A DNA stretch of 39,336 nt from a virus (IMGVR_UViG_3300032321_000391:1-39336), one strand, 5' to 3'. Positions 18,701 to 27,921 are shown, counted from the first letter of the stretch. Made by a program: numbers and translations. The notes: generated by a model not told the origin, from the letters alone.

Positions 18701-21554
18701 CACGACCATAACCATTTTCACGCATGTGAGCAAGCACAGGGTCATTTGGATTGCTCCAACCCTTGCCCTTAATCCAGTTGCGCCACTCTGCTTGTCCACC
18801 TGGAAATGCAGAATCACGAAGTTCAAGAGGAATCTCGCTCCACTTAGTCATATACAAAGGCTTGCCATATACACGATAAGGCTCAACTTTACCCGCACTA
18901 GCGTTCACGCGGAACACTGGGCGGTTAGACCAATCTTTAAATAAAACTGTTTCAACTTCATCAGTCTCAAGTGCAAGTACAAGAGTCTTGTAATCAATCT
19001 TCTTGACTTCACGCCAACGACCAGTTGAATCTTTAATCTCAACTTTGCGACCAGCATTAACTGCATCAATCATATCTGACTGCAATTTAATTGTAGCCTC
19101 GTTCAGAACATCTGCACGCTTTTCAGTTGTAGCACCTTTGCCTAAACGACCAGGGCGACCTGTTGGTGTTGGGATGTACTGTTCGGTTGAGTGGATAGTT
19201 CCACCCTCTGCATAACGGCGAGCAACGCCAGGTGATGCAGATGTAGCAAGTGCTTTAGTTGAATCAAGCGCCATAGGTCCAGTAGACCCGTGGTATAAAG
19301 TTACAGATTCTAAATCAGCAAGAACACCTTTAAGTGTGCGAACTTCATCCGCTGGTGTAAGTGGACCTGCTCCGTTAGTAAGAGTTTTAGTTACATTGAA
19401 ACGGTCATTTTCAATTTCACGAATACGCTCTGCTACAGCCTTAGCCAACTGTTGGCGTGACTGGTCAATAGAACGCAACTTGTCTGCTTCGTGAGCAAAC
19501 TCAGATTGCAATACCTTGATGTCATCAACCCGACCAGTCATAACATTTACATGGTCTGAAAGGCGTGAGAATCCAACCTTGCGGTTTGTAAGGAAACGAC
19601 TAAGCGCTTCTTTACCACCTGAGGCAACAACTGCTGGCATAGCAAAGCCTTTAGCCAACATAGATAGTTGCGCTTCTGTAAGGTTACGAACTGTGTAACC
19701 AAGGCGCATAAGCACAGAAGTTTTAAAGATGTCGTTTACTGTATCAAGTACAGCAGCACCCTTGACTCCACGAAGTGCACCAGCCTCAACATCAATACCT
19801 GAAAGAAGGCTTGGAAGAACTTTGCTGTGTGCATCAATGCCGTACTTTAACTTACGAAGGTCAGCAATAATAACTGTGTTAGCAGATTCAGAGCGAAGTA
19901 CAGGTAGGCTTACCGCATGCTGTAATTGGTCGCCATCAAAGTAGGAAATAAATCCTTGGTTGTTGTGCTTCTCAATAGCGGTAGCACGGCGAGCATCATA
20001 AATTTGGTAAATCTTTTTAAGTTCATCATCAGTGTAATTAGGAAACAGATGCTCAATAGCCTTGGCTTCTGCCTGCTTGATAACGCTAAGGCGTTCACCT
20101 TCTGTAGCAGCGTTAAGGTATGAGTCTGCAAATCCTTTTGCTTCTGCACCAAATGTACCTTTAGAAAGGTCATTGGCTTCACGAAGAAATACATTGAACT
20201 CACGGTATGAGTTGCCATCGTTTACATTGAAGATACCACTTGGGCGTTCTTCTTTGAAGTAATTAAGAACTTTAATGGCTGGATGTAAACTTGTCTTTTG
20301 GACAATGAAAGATTCTCCCTCGCCAAATGTACGAGCAGCCTCTTTCTTTCCAGCCTTGATTGAAGCGCCTTTGGCAAGACCTTTTTCAAATCCATAACGG
20401 AACTCAGTTCCACCAGTAGCAACTTGGTCAAGAGCATTACGATAGCGTGTATCTGTAGCAGCAAGATTCTTAACATAAGATGTCATTGATTCTGCGTATG
20501 TTGGCGATACAAGAATATCTCCATCAAGTTTGCCATTGAGCATCTCAAGATGTGCGTGAGATTGTGGGTTCAACGCATCTAAAACAAGTGCAGCCTCAGG
20601 GTCTTTGGTTGCAATCTCAGACATAGCCTTGGCATCATTACCAAGCACAGCCTTAAATGTAGCAGCAACTTCTTCTGGTGTATTAGCACGACCAAAAAGG
20701 TATGCCATTGCATCAGGGTTAGTTACTTTCTTTTTAGCCCAGTATCCAGCCTGACCAGCAGCATCTGTATCTGCAAGAAATTTAATATCCTCAGCAGCAC
20801 GGGCTGTACCGCGTTCTCCATTAGAAGTAATGTACTCAAGACCTTGTTCAAGGTCCTTAGTCATTGTTGCATTGCTTGCAGCAAACTTACCAAAAACGGC
20901 GCGAGATAACTTACCGTTGATGTTCTCGTAACGCAGACCCTTACTTGCAATTACTGCGCCTTTACCTAAGAAACCAGTAACAGACAGTGGGTCAATAAAA
21001 GTAGATGCAACTAAATCTTCTGCACCTGAAACAAACTTGCCTAGAGCCTGGTCTTTAAACGCAGCCTGGCGGTCCTCTGGGTTGAATATATCAAAACCCG
21101 ATGACATGAAGCGTAGGTTGTTGTCAGTCCAGTCAGCAAACCAACCGTTGTTATCTCCTGAGTTCTTTCCAGGACTTAAGACAGAAAGAGTAGCCTGACC
21201 AAGAGAAATCTGGTCTTTGTTTTCAGCCACTCGTTGGCGGTAAGCATCGTATGATTCGCCTGCGTTCTTGTATTTGTTATACATAAACGGGGTATCAAGG
21301 ATGCCTGTTTCAATCTTCTGGCGTGCCCATCCACCTGCTTCATAGGACTTTTCTCCTACATAAAATAAACCTTTAACGGCACCACGCACTGGAGTAGTAC
21401 CAATTTGTGCTACATCTTTAACTACATTAAGCGCATCCACATACCATGGGTCGCTATTTGAAAGTGATGTAGATACATCGTGTATAAGTCCTGATACACC
21501 AGTAAAATCGGCAATGCCTTTAGCCATCTTGCCTAAGGAGTCAGTCCAAGTCAT
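15786..21554 (-). CDS. Very large internal virion/DNA ejection protein (~1,920 aa)
   Basis: Size and position after portal; ATG 21554 overlaps upstream TGA; central ART-like insert. Confidence 0.7.
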   Translation of the reverse strand: MTWTDSLGKMAKGIADFTGVSGLIHDVSTSLSNSDPWYVDALNVVKDVAQIGTTPVRGAVKGLFYVGEKSYEAGGWARQKIETGILDTPFMYNKYKNAGESYDAYRQRVAENKDQISLGQATLSVLSPGKNSGDNNGWFADWTDNNLRFMSSGFDIFNPEDRQAAFKDQALGKFVSGAEDLVASTFIDPLSVTGFLGKGAVIASKGLRYENINGKLSRAVFGKFAASNATMTKDLEQGLEYITSNGERGTARAAEDIKFLADTDAAGQAGYWAKKKVTNPDAMAYLFGRANTPEEVAATFKAVLGNDAKAMSEIATKDPEAALVLDALNPQSHAHLEMLNGKLDGDILVSPTYAESMTSYVKNLAATDTRYRNALDQVATGGTEFRYGFEKGLAKGASIKAGKKEAARTFGEGESFIVQKTSLHPAIKVLNYFKEERPSGIFNVNDGNSYREFNVFLREANDLSKGTFGAEAKGFADSYLNAATEGERLSVIKQAEAKAIEHLFPNYTDDELKKIYQIYDARRATAIEKHNNQGFISYFDGDQLQHAVSLPVLRSESANTVIIADLRKLKYGIDAHSKVLPSLLSGIDVEAGALRGVKGAAVLDTVNDIFKTSVLMRLGYTVRNLTEAQLSMLAKGFAMPAVVASGGKEALSRFLTNRKVGFSRLSDHVNVMTGRVDDIKVLQSEFAHEADKLRSIDQSRQQLAKAVAERIREIENDRFNVTKTLTNGAGPLTPADEVRTLKGVLADLESVTLYHGSTGPMALDSTKALATSASPGVARRYAEGGTIHSTEQYIPTPTGRPGRLGKGATTEKRADVLNEATIKLQSDMIDAVNAGRKVEIKDSTGRWREVKKIDYKTLVLALETDEVETVLFKDWSNRPVFRVNASAGKVEPYRVYGKPLYMTKWSEIPLELRDSAFPGGQAEWRNWIKGKGWSNPNDPVLAHMRENGYGRAVVLDDRKAGGVSHIALPEAVGADGRTAEVDRSLKAMMAQPRPFITEEPKFTSRSDRRMAKRADIKRERSGRNDLAVSPYYTKDNVQAMINNGVEDAAENLARMYSTAHAHLDDMATRIGSRVDIAESNAVKQRLGYGTITLDAKGNKVRKSNNEIEANGIKYELPKAFENASWFLGRTSAEQTWNAMVASQEMAFTTGIGSRTVRLVQPNDPQYFQGWANILNMHFRNPESGLMDPVVEQILANKSNEKILSWFKTHEGSLYANNTYTRVGEGYGFTKIKGGELDEHLLDKIQTTRGAVRAYIPDAETADMLMTMKDNGKPLTGGDVQKFLVDRFGKQPENLTPLNGLLVTTSKEYKDQERLIDTINRRVMRFLGSMPEDIFARHPLVNAVYEKRLRDNIAAMSEFAGKDGLTIDETNRAVKAAREAARQEVEQTLFTIVRRTGASSSQTMKLLFPFYAAFENTAKRWSGMIAEDPSIIAAAGRTVAQVVHGQMVVDQNGNQITDATKIDRTSNLIVKVPQGFIDSLPKSWRGIVEDSFKTINIPLSSLDVVTQGNVGNPGFGPFAVLPAYLVLKQQPSLEDALKSFFPAGMPSNAMDLFTPSALRRLGTVWRKDELYVRTFNQMLNYETYRYNQGERTDAPTVDEVTSRTNKFYFLRALTSISAPFAITPTLDFYQQSFRQMQVKYADYKEPDPKTGEMKRVFGKAEAEFLRMYPDFFEATVSLSKNEGGLEASVGTVQNLKKFNNLMAQATSSSVPELMGFLADDGDGKYTFSQAAYKWQYSHGSAPGAGSNYRQSRTPGELQIEANVKKGWTQFQSLMNQINAYKIQNGIETDSDPRMNQVQAAKSVWLQQMAKDNLDWYSEYASPDRAKYARRTEVLESALADKKWMAQNGNRTVVKNMALYLDARKQMQAILDERKAAGGSRSMTANSNSDLVWVLDKYKTQLIVGSPETESFLNRYFANDTVVI

Positions 21555-22018
21555 CCTTGTTCGGTTCCCGCTTGGGTAACTTGTGACTGTAACCAACGCA
21601 CATAATTTCGTGTGGCATTAGATGCGTTGGGTGATTCTGCAATTTGCTGATAAACAGGAAGGAGAGCAGCCAACCTAGCAGTATCTTCGTTGTTCTGGGC
21701 AGCAAGCATCATTGTTGATTGCAATGCTTCATTTCCTGCGCCATCACCAAACTGTGCACCAGTAGATACTGGTTCATTTGGTCTACGAGTTGGAGCATCA
21801 AGTCGGATAACATCTTCACCTTGTGGTACAGATGCTCCGCCTCCACGACCTACAGGAATATCAACGCCAGACTTATTCATCTTGGCTGCTGTCTGTAGTT
21901 CCATGTTTTCTTTACCTTCGCCGTAGGCTCCACCAGACATGTACTGCGCTGGTTGTCCTGCTGACCCTGCACCGCCGTTAGCGGATACTGTGAAGTTTGA
22001 TGCTGCTGGTTCTGCCAT
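21551..22018 (-). CDS. Hypothetical virion-module protein
   Basis: AAGGA RBS before ATG 22018; Gly-rich; APTRRPNEPVSTG motif. Confidence 0.65.
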   Translation of the reverse strand: MAEPAASNFTVSANGGAGSAGQPAQYMSGGAYGEGKENMELQTAAKMNKSGVDIPVGRGGGASVPQGEDVIRLDAPTRRPNEPVSTGAQFGDGAGNEALQSTMMLAAQNNEDTARLAALLPVYQQIAESPNASNATRNYVRWLQSQVTQAGTEQG

Positions 22019-22127
22019 GTTTTTATCCTTCGCTATAAGAGCGTTAATGTTGGTGAGTAGTTTCACTCATACTCAGGAGGGTTCGCCACTTGTTTATAGT
22101 TGCTGTACGGTGGCAACTGCGCGAAAC

Positions 22128-22316
22128 TTACTTTGTACCGCGTGTACCTGATGGTTGCTTTGAGAACATTGTGATTGTTGCGCCAGGCTTTGCAGCCTTT
22201 GGTACGCCACCTGTTCGTGGTGCTTGTACATTTACCTTACCTGCGGAACCCTGATTAGCAGGCTTTGATGCCTTGCCAGGTTGGTTCTTTGGCTTTACTG
22301 GATTTCCAAATGCCAT
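22128..22316 (-). CDS. Small basic Gly/Lys/Pro-rich protein
   Basis: 62 aa, AAGGAGG RBS after portal. Confidence 0.65.
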   Translation of the reverse strand: MAFGNPVKPKNQPGKASKPANQGSAGKVNVQAPRTGGVPKAAKPGATITMFSKQPSGTRGTK

Positions 22317-22335
22317 GTTGGTTTACCCTCCTTCC

Positions 22336-24156
22336 CTAGATAGGTAGTCGTCTAGCGACTGACGATTGCAGAGACGGCTCGCCTCTTGAGTTAAGTGATG
22401 CGAGCAAAGACTGTACATCTGGGCGACCGCCTGGTGCTATCTGCCCTGGGGCAACACCTTGCATACGACCTGTTTCTGATAAGCCCATAGGCAAACCTTC
22501 CGCGCCACCTGCTGCAGCCTCTCCTGGCATGCCTGCAGGACTTACTGTCGCAGGGGCATTAGCAGCAGGGGCGGGAACCTCTGGTGTAAACGCCTTCTGG
22601 ATTGCTGCCTCTATTGCAGTTCCCTTTTGGCGTTCACTAATTACCATAGAAAGTTTGCGTAGGATGTCGGATGGGTCCTGTCCTTGGCTTGCAAGGGCTG
22701 GAATTGCTTGTGCGTATGAGGCAATAGCCTGTTTCATAGCATCGCGGAGTTCTTCTGTCTCAACCTTTTGTTCTTCACTAGTTGCATTAAAGGAAAAAGG
22801 CATCTGTCGGCGTAGGAAATCACGGGAAATCAACTTATCGCCTCGTGCTTGTAGTCCAAATACGAGTGCACGGTTGGGGTCTAGCCCAGCCATCAGCCCA
22901 TATTGGACATCTACGGTGTAATCGCCGTCAATATCACGACTTGGCTTGTACTTAATGTCATAAGGGGTACCGTTGTAGATACCTTTGAGTTCTTTCTCTT
23001 GAAAACCAAAGATTTTTTCATCAACTTTGAGTGCAAGAGCAAGCAATTCAGTGAATCCACGGGCAAACATGGAGTGTGCGGTCTTAATCTGGGTATCAAA
23101 TCCACCCATAAGAGCCTTAACACCCTGACCTGTAACGATAGAAGCATCGGAATTACCTGTACGGACCTCTGGAAAACGAGAACCTAGACGGAGTTCGCTT
23201 TCAAGAATTTGTGACTGTGCGAACACATTAGCAGGTAGGTCAAGCGGTACTCTACGAATCTTATCAGGGGCTGAGGAACGCATAATAGCATCTGGTCCAA
23301 AGGCTAACTCATTACTATCCTGAGGCACTGCAATAGGTGCCTGAACGGATTTAGTCGCAGCCTCAAGTGCAAGTAACGCATAGCGTGCCTTTGCTACTTG
23401 GATTGCAAGAACATCATCAAACTGACCGCGTGACTGGTCATCAAGAGATGGGCGCTGGACAATACGAATCATTACTTCGCCTATTAAATTCTGGGCGCGT
23501 TCTAAGACAAGGTTGCTTCTGTTTGGCATAAACAAGATGTCTTGGTCTTTATCGTGGAAACGAACAATCTCAGACATGGATGAAGCGGTGTTCTTGTCGT
23601 AAATGAGGTGAGCAATCTCAGGGTAGCGAGCCATTAGTTCTTCTGTTGGCTTGAGCATACGCTGGAAAAACATTGTTACACGACCATAGCGGTCAATAAC
23701 TGGGTAAGAACCAATAGAATCTAAGAACTTAATACGAGGCATGTTGGCATCAGAGTCAACTTCAACCTGTGCTGGAACGAATCCGTAGGTTACATAACGG
23801 TCAGCAGCGGTAAACATCTGTGACTGTAGGTCAGAGAAGTTAACAATTCCATTAACAATATCCCCACGCTTGTCAGCCTTCTTACGGGCAACATCTGACA
23901 CCATTGATGTAGATGTGCAAGAGAAAGATGGCAATGGAGCAATAACTTCTGCTAGGTCACGGGCTGCAATATCAACCATGTTTGCCACGATAGGGTTCTC
24001 AAAAGGACCATCGGGGAAAAGGTCTGGGTAGACATCGCGCATCTTTCCTTGGCGAACCTGTAATACCTGACCCATGCGTTGGTCGCGGTCGTCAAACATC
24101 TTGCGATAGCGGTCGTAGGTATTCTTAACTTCATCTATGGAAAGCGGCATATCCAC
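22336..24156 (-). CDS. Portal protein
   Basis: 606 aa immediately downstream of terminase, helical, disordered C-tail. Confidence 0.8.
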   Translation of the reverse strand: MDMPLSIDEVKNTYDRYRKMFDDRDQRMGQVLQVRQGKMRDVYPDLFPDGPFENPIVANMVDIAARDLAEVIAPLPSFSCTSTSMVSDVARKKADKRGDIVNGIVNFSDLQSQMFTAADRYVTYGFVPAQVEVDSDANMPRIKFLDSIGSYPVIDRYGRVTMFFQRMLKPTEELMARYPEIAHLIYDKNTASSMSEIVRFHDKDQDILFMPNRSNLVLERAQNLIGEVMIRIVQRPSLDDQSRGQFDDVLAIQVAKARYALLALEAATKSVQAPIAVPQDSNELAFGPDAIMRSSAPDKIRRVPLDLPANVFAQSQILESELRLGSRFPEVRTGNSDASIVTGQGVKALMGGFDTQIKTAHSMFARGFTELLALALKVDEKIFGFQEKELKGIYNGTPYDIKYKPSRDIDGDYTVDVQYGLMAGLDPNRALVFGLQARGDKLISRDFLRRQMPFSFNATSEEQKVETEELRDAMKQAIASYAQAIPALASQGQDPSDILRKLSMVISERQKGTAIEAAIQKAFTPEVPAPAANAPATVSPAGMPGEAAAGGAEGLPMGLSETGRMQGVAPGQIAPGGRPDVQSLLASLNSRGEPSLQSSVARRLPI

Positions 24157-24164
24157 CTCCGTTC

Positions 24165-26027
24165 TTAGTTGTATGAATAGTCGGACAAGTTAACAGTTAC
24201 CTGTCGTGACTTATCGTACCTAGTATGGAACATGCTCTGTTGTGCATGAGTTCGTGCGAAATAAGTTGCGTTAGCGATTCTGTCTCTGGCTGCAAGTTCT
24301 GCAAACCAGAAAGCCATAACACAGTCCGTCTTTTGGCTTCGTGGTGCATCTGGATACCAAGTAACCAGTTGCTCAATAAGAGCCTTTAATCCTTCTGACA
24401 TGTGGGTAGATGGGAACTCAATCAAGTTAGAGCCATCCTCATAACCATGGAACAATGTAGTAAGAGATGCCACACCGAAGTCTGTATCCCATTTATTGTT
24501 TCCAGTATGGTGTTCTTTGAGTGTGGCACCTCTCGCTGATAGGTATTCCCGTACCTCACGGTCCTGGGTAAGCATTGCTTGAAATGCATTTTTTTCAACA
24601 CGCCACTCAGAAATCGCGTACTTGTCTGTCCAACTCTTAATCAGTTCTCTGATTGCATCTGGCTTCATGCCAGCGACATTGGATACATCAAGTAAATATC
24701 TTTTTTGATTAGCAATATCAATAGCCAAACAAACAGAAGCGGTATAGCCTGCCATTGCTGGGTCAAGTCCTGCTACAACAATCAAACCATCCATACCATC
24801 ATGGCGGTTACCAGCCTTACCTTTGGGTATGATGCCGATATTACGGGCACCATTGATAACGCCTTTGACAGCATCTCCAGGAAAGGCAGCATCTTCATGC
24901 ACCTGTTGCTGTTGATAGACCATTGCCCAAAGATTGGGAGACATACGGCTTCTCTTTTTATTGAGAGCATGTCCATCCCATTTGGTATAAAGTCCATCTG
25001 CATCTGGAATACCTTTGCCTGAAACTGGAGGCATATTGGTTTTAGCCCAAAGCGTTGACCAGTCAGCAGGGTCGTCTTGAAATTCTAAGACCGCAGGTTG
25101 TGCAAAGTATGTCCATGGTGAAGTCTCGTCTGGGTAGCGCATAGGGTCGCGCAATTCAGAGTACAAGTCTTTAGGGCGCAGTCGGGTTCCAACCACAAGA
25201 AGTTTTCCGCCATCGTAGTCAATACGAGACATAACTTCTGATTGAATCCAGTCAATCTGCTTTTCATATTCATGAGCGTTGGTATGGTCAACACAGTCAT
25301 CCATGATGATGAGGTCAGCACGAGCACCGTAGATATGTCCACGGATACCGATAGCCTGAACCGTTGGGTCTTTCTCACCAGAGTTACGAGCCTCTGACGA
25401 TAGGTAAATTAGGTCCTGCTTCCATGAATCAGAATTCTTTTCAAATCCGCCTGGAGGTCCAAAGGCGAGGTGTAAATCCTGATAACGAGGATGGGTGAGT
25501 CTGTTCTTAATGGAGAGCAGGAACTTTTGCGCCATAGCCTGTGTCTTAGACACAATCAGGATTCTGATGTTTGGGTTTTGGCAAATCTGGTACACGGCAT
25601 AGTTGACTGTGATGGTCGTTGACTTGGCGTGTTCTGGTGGCGTATTGACAATCAGTAGGTCAGGGTCGCCAGGTTCATAGGTAATGCTAGGGTGCACATC
25701 GGAGGGGGGTGTACCCTCCAATAAGTCAATCCAATGTTTCTGATGGGCAAAGACATCTACCCCTAGGTACTTGGATGAAAACTCTGGGAACGGAGGCAGA
25801 GGTATTGTACCTGTCTGCAGTTCCCCTCTTGAGGTCATAGACCGAACTTTGTCTATCTGGGTGGCGAAGTCGGGGTCTGTCTTACGGTAGTATTCGTAAC
25901 TCTTGACCGACCGACCAACTGAGTCCATAGCCTTCTGGACTGACATGCCTTCCATTAAAAATTCTATAATCTGCTTCTTTATGGCATCCGACTTATGGGA
26001 TGCAGCAGTAGTTCTTTTTCTTTCCAT
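24165..26027 (-). CDS. terL: Terminase large subunit with N-terminal HTH-like extension
   Basis: Walker A variant PPEHAKST, GARADLIIMDD Walker B, VVGTR coupling motif, RNaseH-like GLDPA and TDCVMA. Confidence 0.88.
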   Translation of the reverse strand: MERKRTTAASHKSDAIKKQIIEFLMEGMSVQKAMDSVGRSVKSYEYYRKTDPDFATQIDKVRSMTSRGELQTGTIPLPPFPEFSSKYLGVDVFAHQKHWIDLLEGTPPSDVHPSITYEPGDPDLLIVNTPPEHAKSTTITVNYAVYQICQNPNIRILIVSKTQAMAQKFLLSIKNRLTHPRYQDLHLAFGPPGGFEKNSDSWKQDLIYLSSEARNSGEKDPTVQAIGIRGHIYGARADLIIMDDCVDHTNAHEYEKQIDWIQSEVMSRIDYDGGKLLVVGTRLRPKDLYSELRDPMRYPDETSPWTYFAQPAVLEFQDDPADWSTLWAKTNMPPVSGKGIPDADGLYTKWDGHALNKKRSRMSPNLWAMVYQQQQVHEDAAFPGDAVKGVINGARNIGIIPKGKAGNRHDGMDGLIVVAGLDPAMAGYTASVCLAIDIANQKRYLLDVSNVAGMKPDAIRELIKSWTDKYAISEWRVEKNAFQAMLTQDREVREYLSARGATLKEHHTGNNKWDTDFGVASLTTLFHGYEDGSNLIEFPSTHMSEGLKALIEQLVTWYPDAPRSQKTDCVMAFWFAELAARDRIANATYFARTHAQQSMFHTRYDKSRQVTVNLSDYSYN

Positions 26028-26573
26028 AGGCGTAGTAAGCAGCGCGACAAGATATAGAGCGCTGCAGTATCCTTTCTAACCGAAGCCGTAGCCCCAAGGC
26101 GAAGGCGAAGGTTAGGGCATACTATAGGGAGCAACCTAGACGGTTGCCTTAGCAGTAGTGGAGGGGCGAATATAGCGTTGCCCCTCACTATACTATTAGG
26201 TGTCCGAAGGACACTAATTGGACATCTTTTTTGAATATATTTTTTGTTACCTATGCCACTGTCTATAAGTGCTGGTCAGCACCCACTTCCCCAGGATTAT
26301 CAAACTTATACGGGTAGAGACACATACACACATACGCACGCATATTTAAAACCCTGGGGTCATCAGACCCTGCAATCTCTCCTCAAGATGCACACTTTTT
26401 GCGTGCCCCGCTTTCTTGTGTCTTAAGAATTAGCAGGTGAGAGCGCTAGACCTTGCAGAGACGACAACTCTCACCCCTCCTCCTTGTATCGCGGGGGGGG
26501 CGCATCGCTTGGCTTGGCTTGGCTCGTGTGCCAATCTCACAATGTGAGACGGCTAAGGGCTTGAGCGTGTGGA

Positions 26574-26644
26574 TGTGAGATGCATCACATTTGAAAGAAA
26601 TCTGCCAAATATCCTTGACACCGCATAAACGGCGGGTGTATAAA
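26574..26644 (+). promoter_or_regulatory. Early promoter 1 with CRP-type box
   Basis: TGTGAgatgcaTCACA 26574-26589; TTGACA 26615-26620, 18 nt, TATAAA 26639-26644. Confidence 0.75.
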
Positions 26645-26686
26645 TCTCCTAACGAGTTCAAATCGGACTCAAGACAGGAGAAAAAA

Positions 26687-27349
26687 ATGTCACAAGAAAT
26701 GCACGCAGAATCTAACAAGGTGATTGCCCGCGTTATCGCCAAGCAAAACAAGGCGGAGGCACTCTCAACTCTCACCAAGGCACTAGAACAGGCTCACGAA
26801 CTCATCAAGGCAGAAACAGGCGCACCCCGTGCGACTCTCCTCGTGACTCGTGACCTCAAGGGTCGCCGAGGACATTTCACCCCTTATACCCCTTGGCGCA
26901 CCGAGGATGAGGTTTTCAACGAGATTGCTTTCAACCTTGAGACTTTCTCAAGCGCCGAGGATTTATTCTCAACACTTTTGCACGAGGTGGCGCACTCACT
27001 CAATCACATGAACGGAATTGAGGATTGCTCATCCAACCAATATCACAATGCAAAATTCAAGACACAAGCCGAGGCGTTAGGTCTTAAGACCGAAAAAACC
27101 AAAAAGGGTTACTCATCCACAAGCCTCACCGATTTTGGCGCTAAGCGATGGGCTAAGGCGCTCAAGATTGTTGCAACCGCCTATGACCTCACCGCCCTTG
27201 GCGGAGAATCTGCCAAGCCAAAAGGCAGAAACACCAACCTAATTAAAGCCGAGTGCACCGATTGCGGAAATGTAATCCGCCTAAGTCGCTCAGTGATTGA
27301 GAGCGGTGTGATGTGCATGCCATGTGAGACACAATTCACCGAGGCTTAA
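26687..27349 (+). CDS. SprT-like zinc metalloprotease with C-terminal Zn ribbon
   Basis: TLLHEVAH (HExxH), YHNAKFK, CxxC...CxxC; ATG 26687 after AGACAGGAGA RBS. Confidence 0.8.
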   Translation: MSQEMHAESNKVIARVIAKQNKAEALSTLTKALEQAHELIKAETGAPRATLLVTRDLKGRRGHFTPYTPWRTEDEVFNEIAFNLETFSSAEDLFSTLLHEVAHSLNHMNGIEDCSSNQYHNAKFKTQAEALGLKTEKTKKGYSSTSLTDFGAKRWAKALKIVATAYDLTALGGESAKPKGRNTNLIKAECTDCGNVIRLSRSVIESGVMCMPCETQFTEA

Positions 27350-27433
27350 GACACAAAAGCCCCCGCCCGATAAGTCGGCACAGGTTCACGACCTACGGGG
27401 GCACGAACTCTCAACCTAAAGTTGAGGGTTAGG

Positions 27434-27489
27434 TGTGATGGACATCACATCTAAAATGCTTGACACGCTCAGGCTATGGATGAGAAGGT
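27434..27489 (+). promoter_or_regulatory. Early promoter 2 with CRP-type box
   Basis: TGTGAtggacaTCACA 27434-27449; AAATGC-TTGACA (27460-27465), 18 nt, TGn-GAAGGT. Confidence 0.7.
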
Positions 27490-27552
27490 TACACCAAGCA
27501 AGACCACAACAGGCACCGTGCAGGTTGTGGCTTAAGACGGGAGATAAAAAAG

Positions 27553-27921
27553 ATGGCAACAAGAAGCGCAATCGGTATTAAGTCAGAAGATGGAACAATT
27601 AAGGCGAGTTACTGTCACTGGGATGGATACCCCGAAGGGGTAGGGGCTGGACTCGTTCAGTTCTACAACAGCAAGGCACAAGCCGAGGAACTAATCTCCC
27701 TTGGCGGGTTCTCAGCACTTCACGACACCCTAGAAGAAACCAAAGCGGGAGCCTATGGCACACCAAGCGACAGCGCCCGCACTTTTACAGGTGAAAAAGA
27801 TTTTTTTGAGAACTTCAACGCTGGCGAGGAGTATTTCTATCTATACACCGAGGGCACAGGATGGCGCTACTCACAAGGTGGCAACTGGGCATGTCTTAAT
27901 ACAGAAAAAGAGGTGGCATAA
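27553..27921 (+). CDS. Conserved phage early hypothetical protein
   Basis: MATRSAIG...YCHWDGYP...EYFYLY motif pattern common in phage early regions. Confidence 0.75.
   Translation: MATRSAIGIKSEDGTIKASYCHWDGYPEGVGAGLVQFYNSKAQAEELISLGGFSALHDTLEETKAGAYGTPSDSARTFTGEKDFFENFNAGEEYFYLYTEGTGWRYSQGGNWACLNTEKEVA

Noticed and set aside
15786-21554. Tape measure protein or virion RNA polymerase
   Set aside because: No tape-measure repeats, tail tube or chaperone genes nearby, and no recognisable RNAP catalytic motifs by eye
81-25378. Numerous + strand and alternate-frame ORFs over the structural arm
   Set aside because: Shadows of long, tightly coupled - strand genes with biased codon use; no RBS or motifs
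25979-26778. ORFs 25979-26188, 26244-26426 and 26446-26778 as a small terminase
   Set aside because: No RBS, atypical composition, and they overlap hairpins and promoter elements
27359-27405. Canonical tRNA gene
   Set aside because: Only ~45 nt, lacks a full D/anticodon arm set and CCA; kept only as a tRNA-like element
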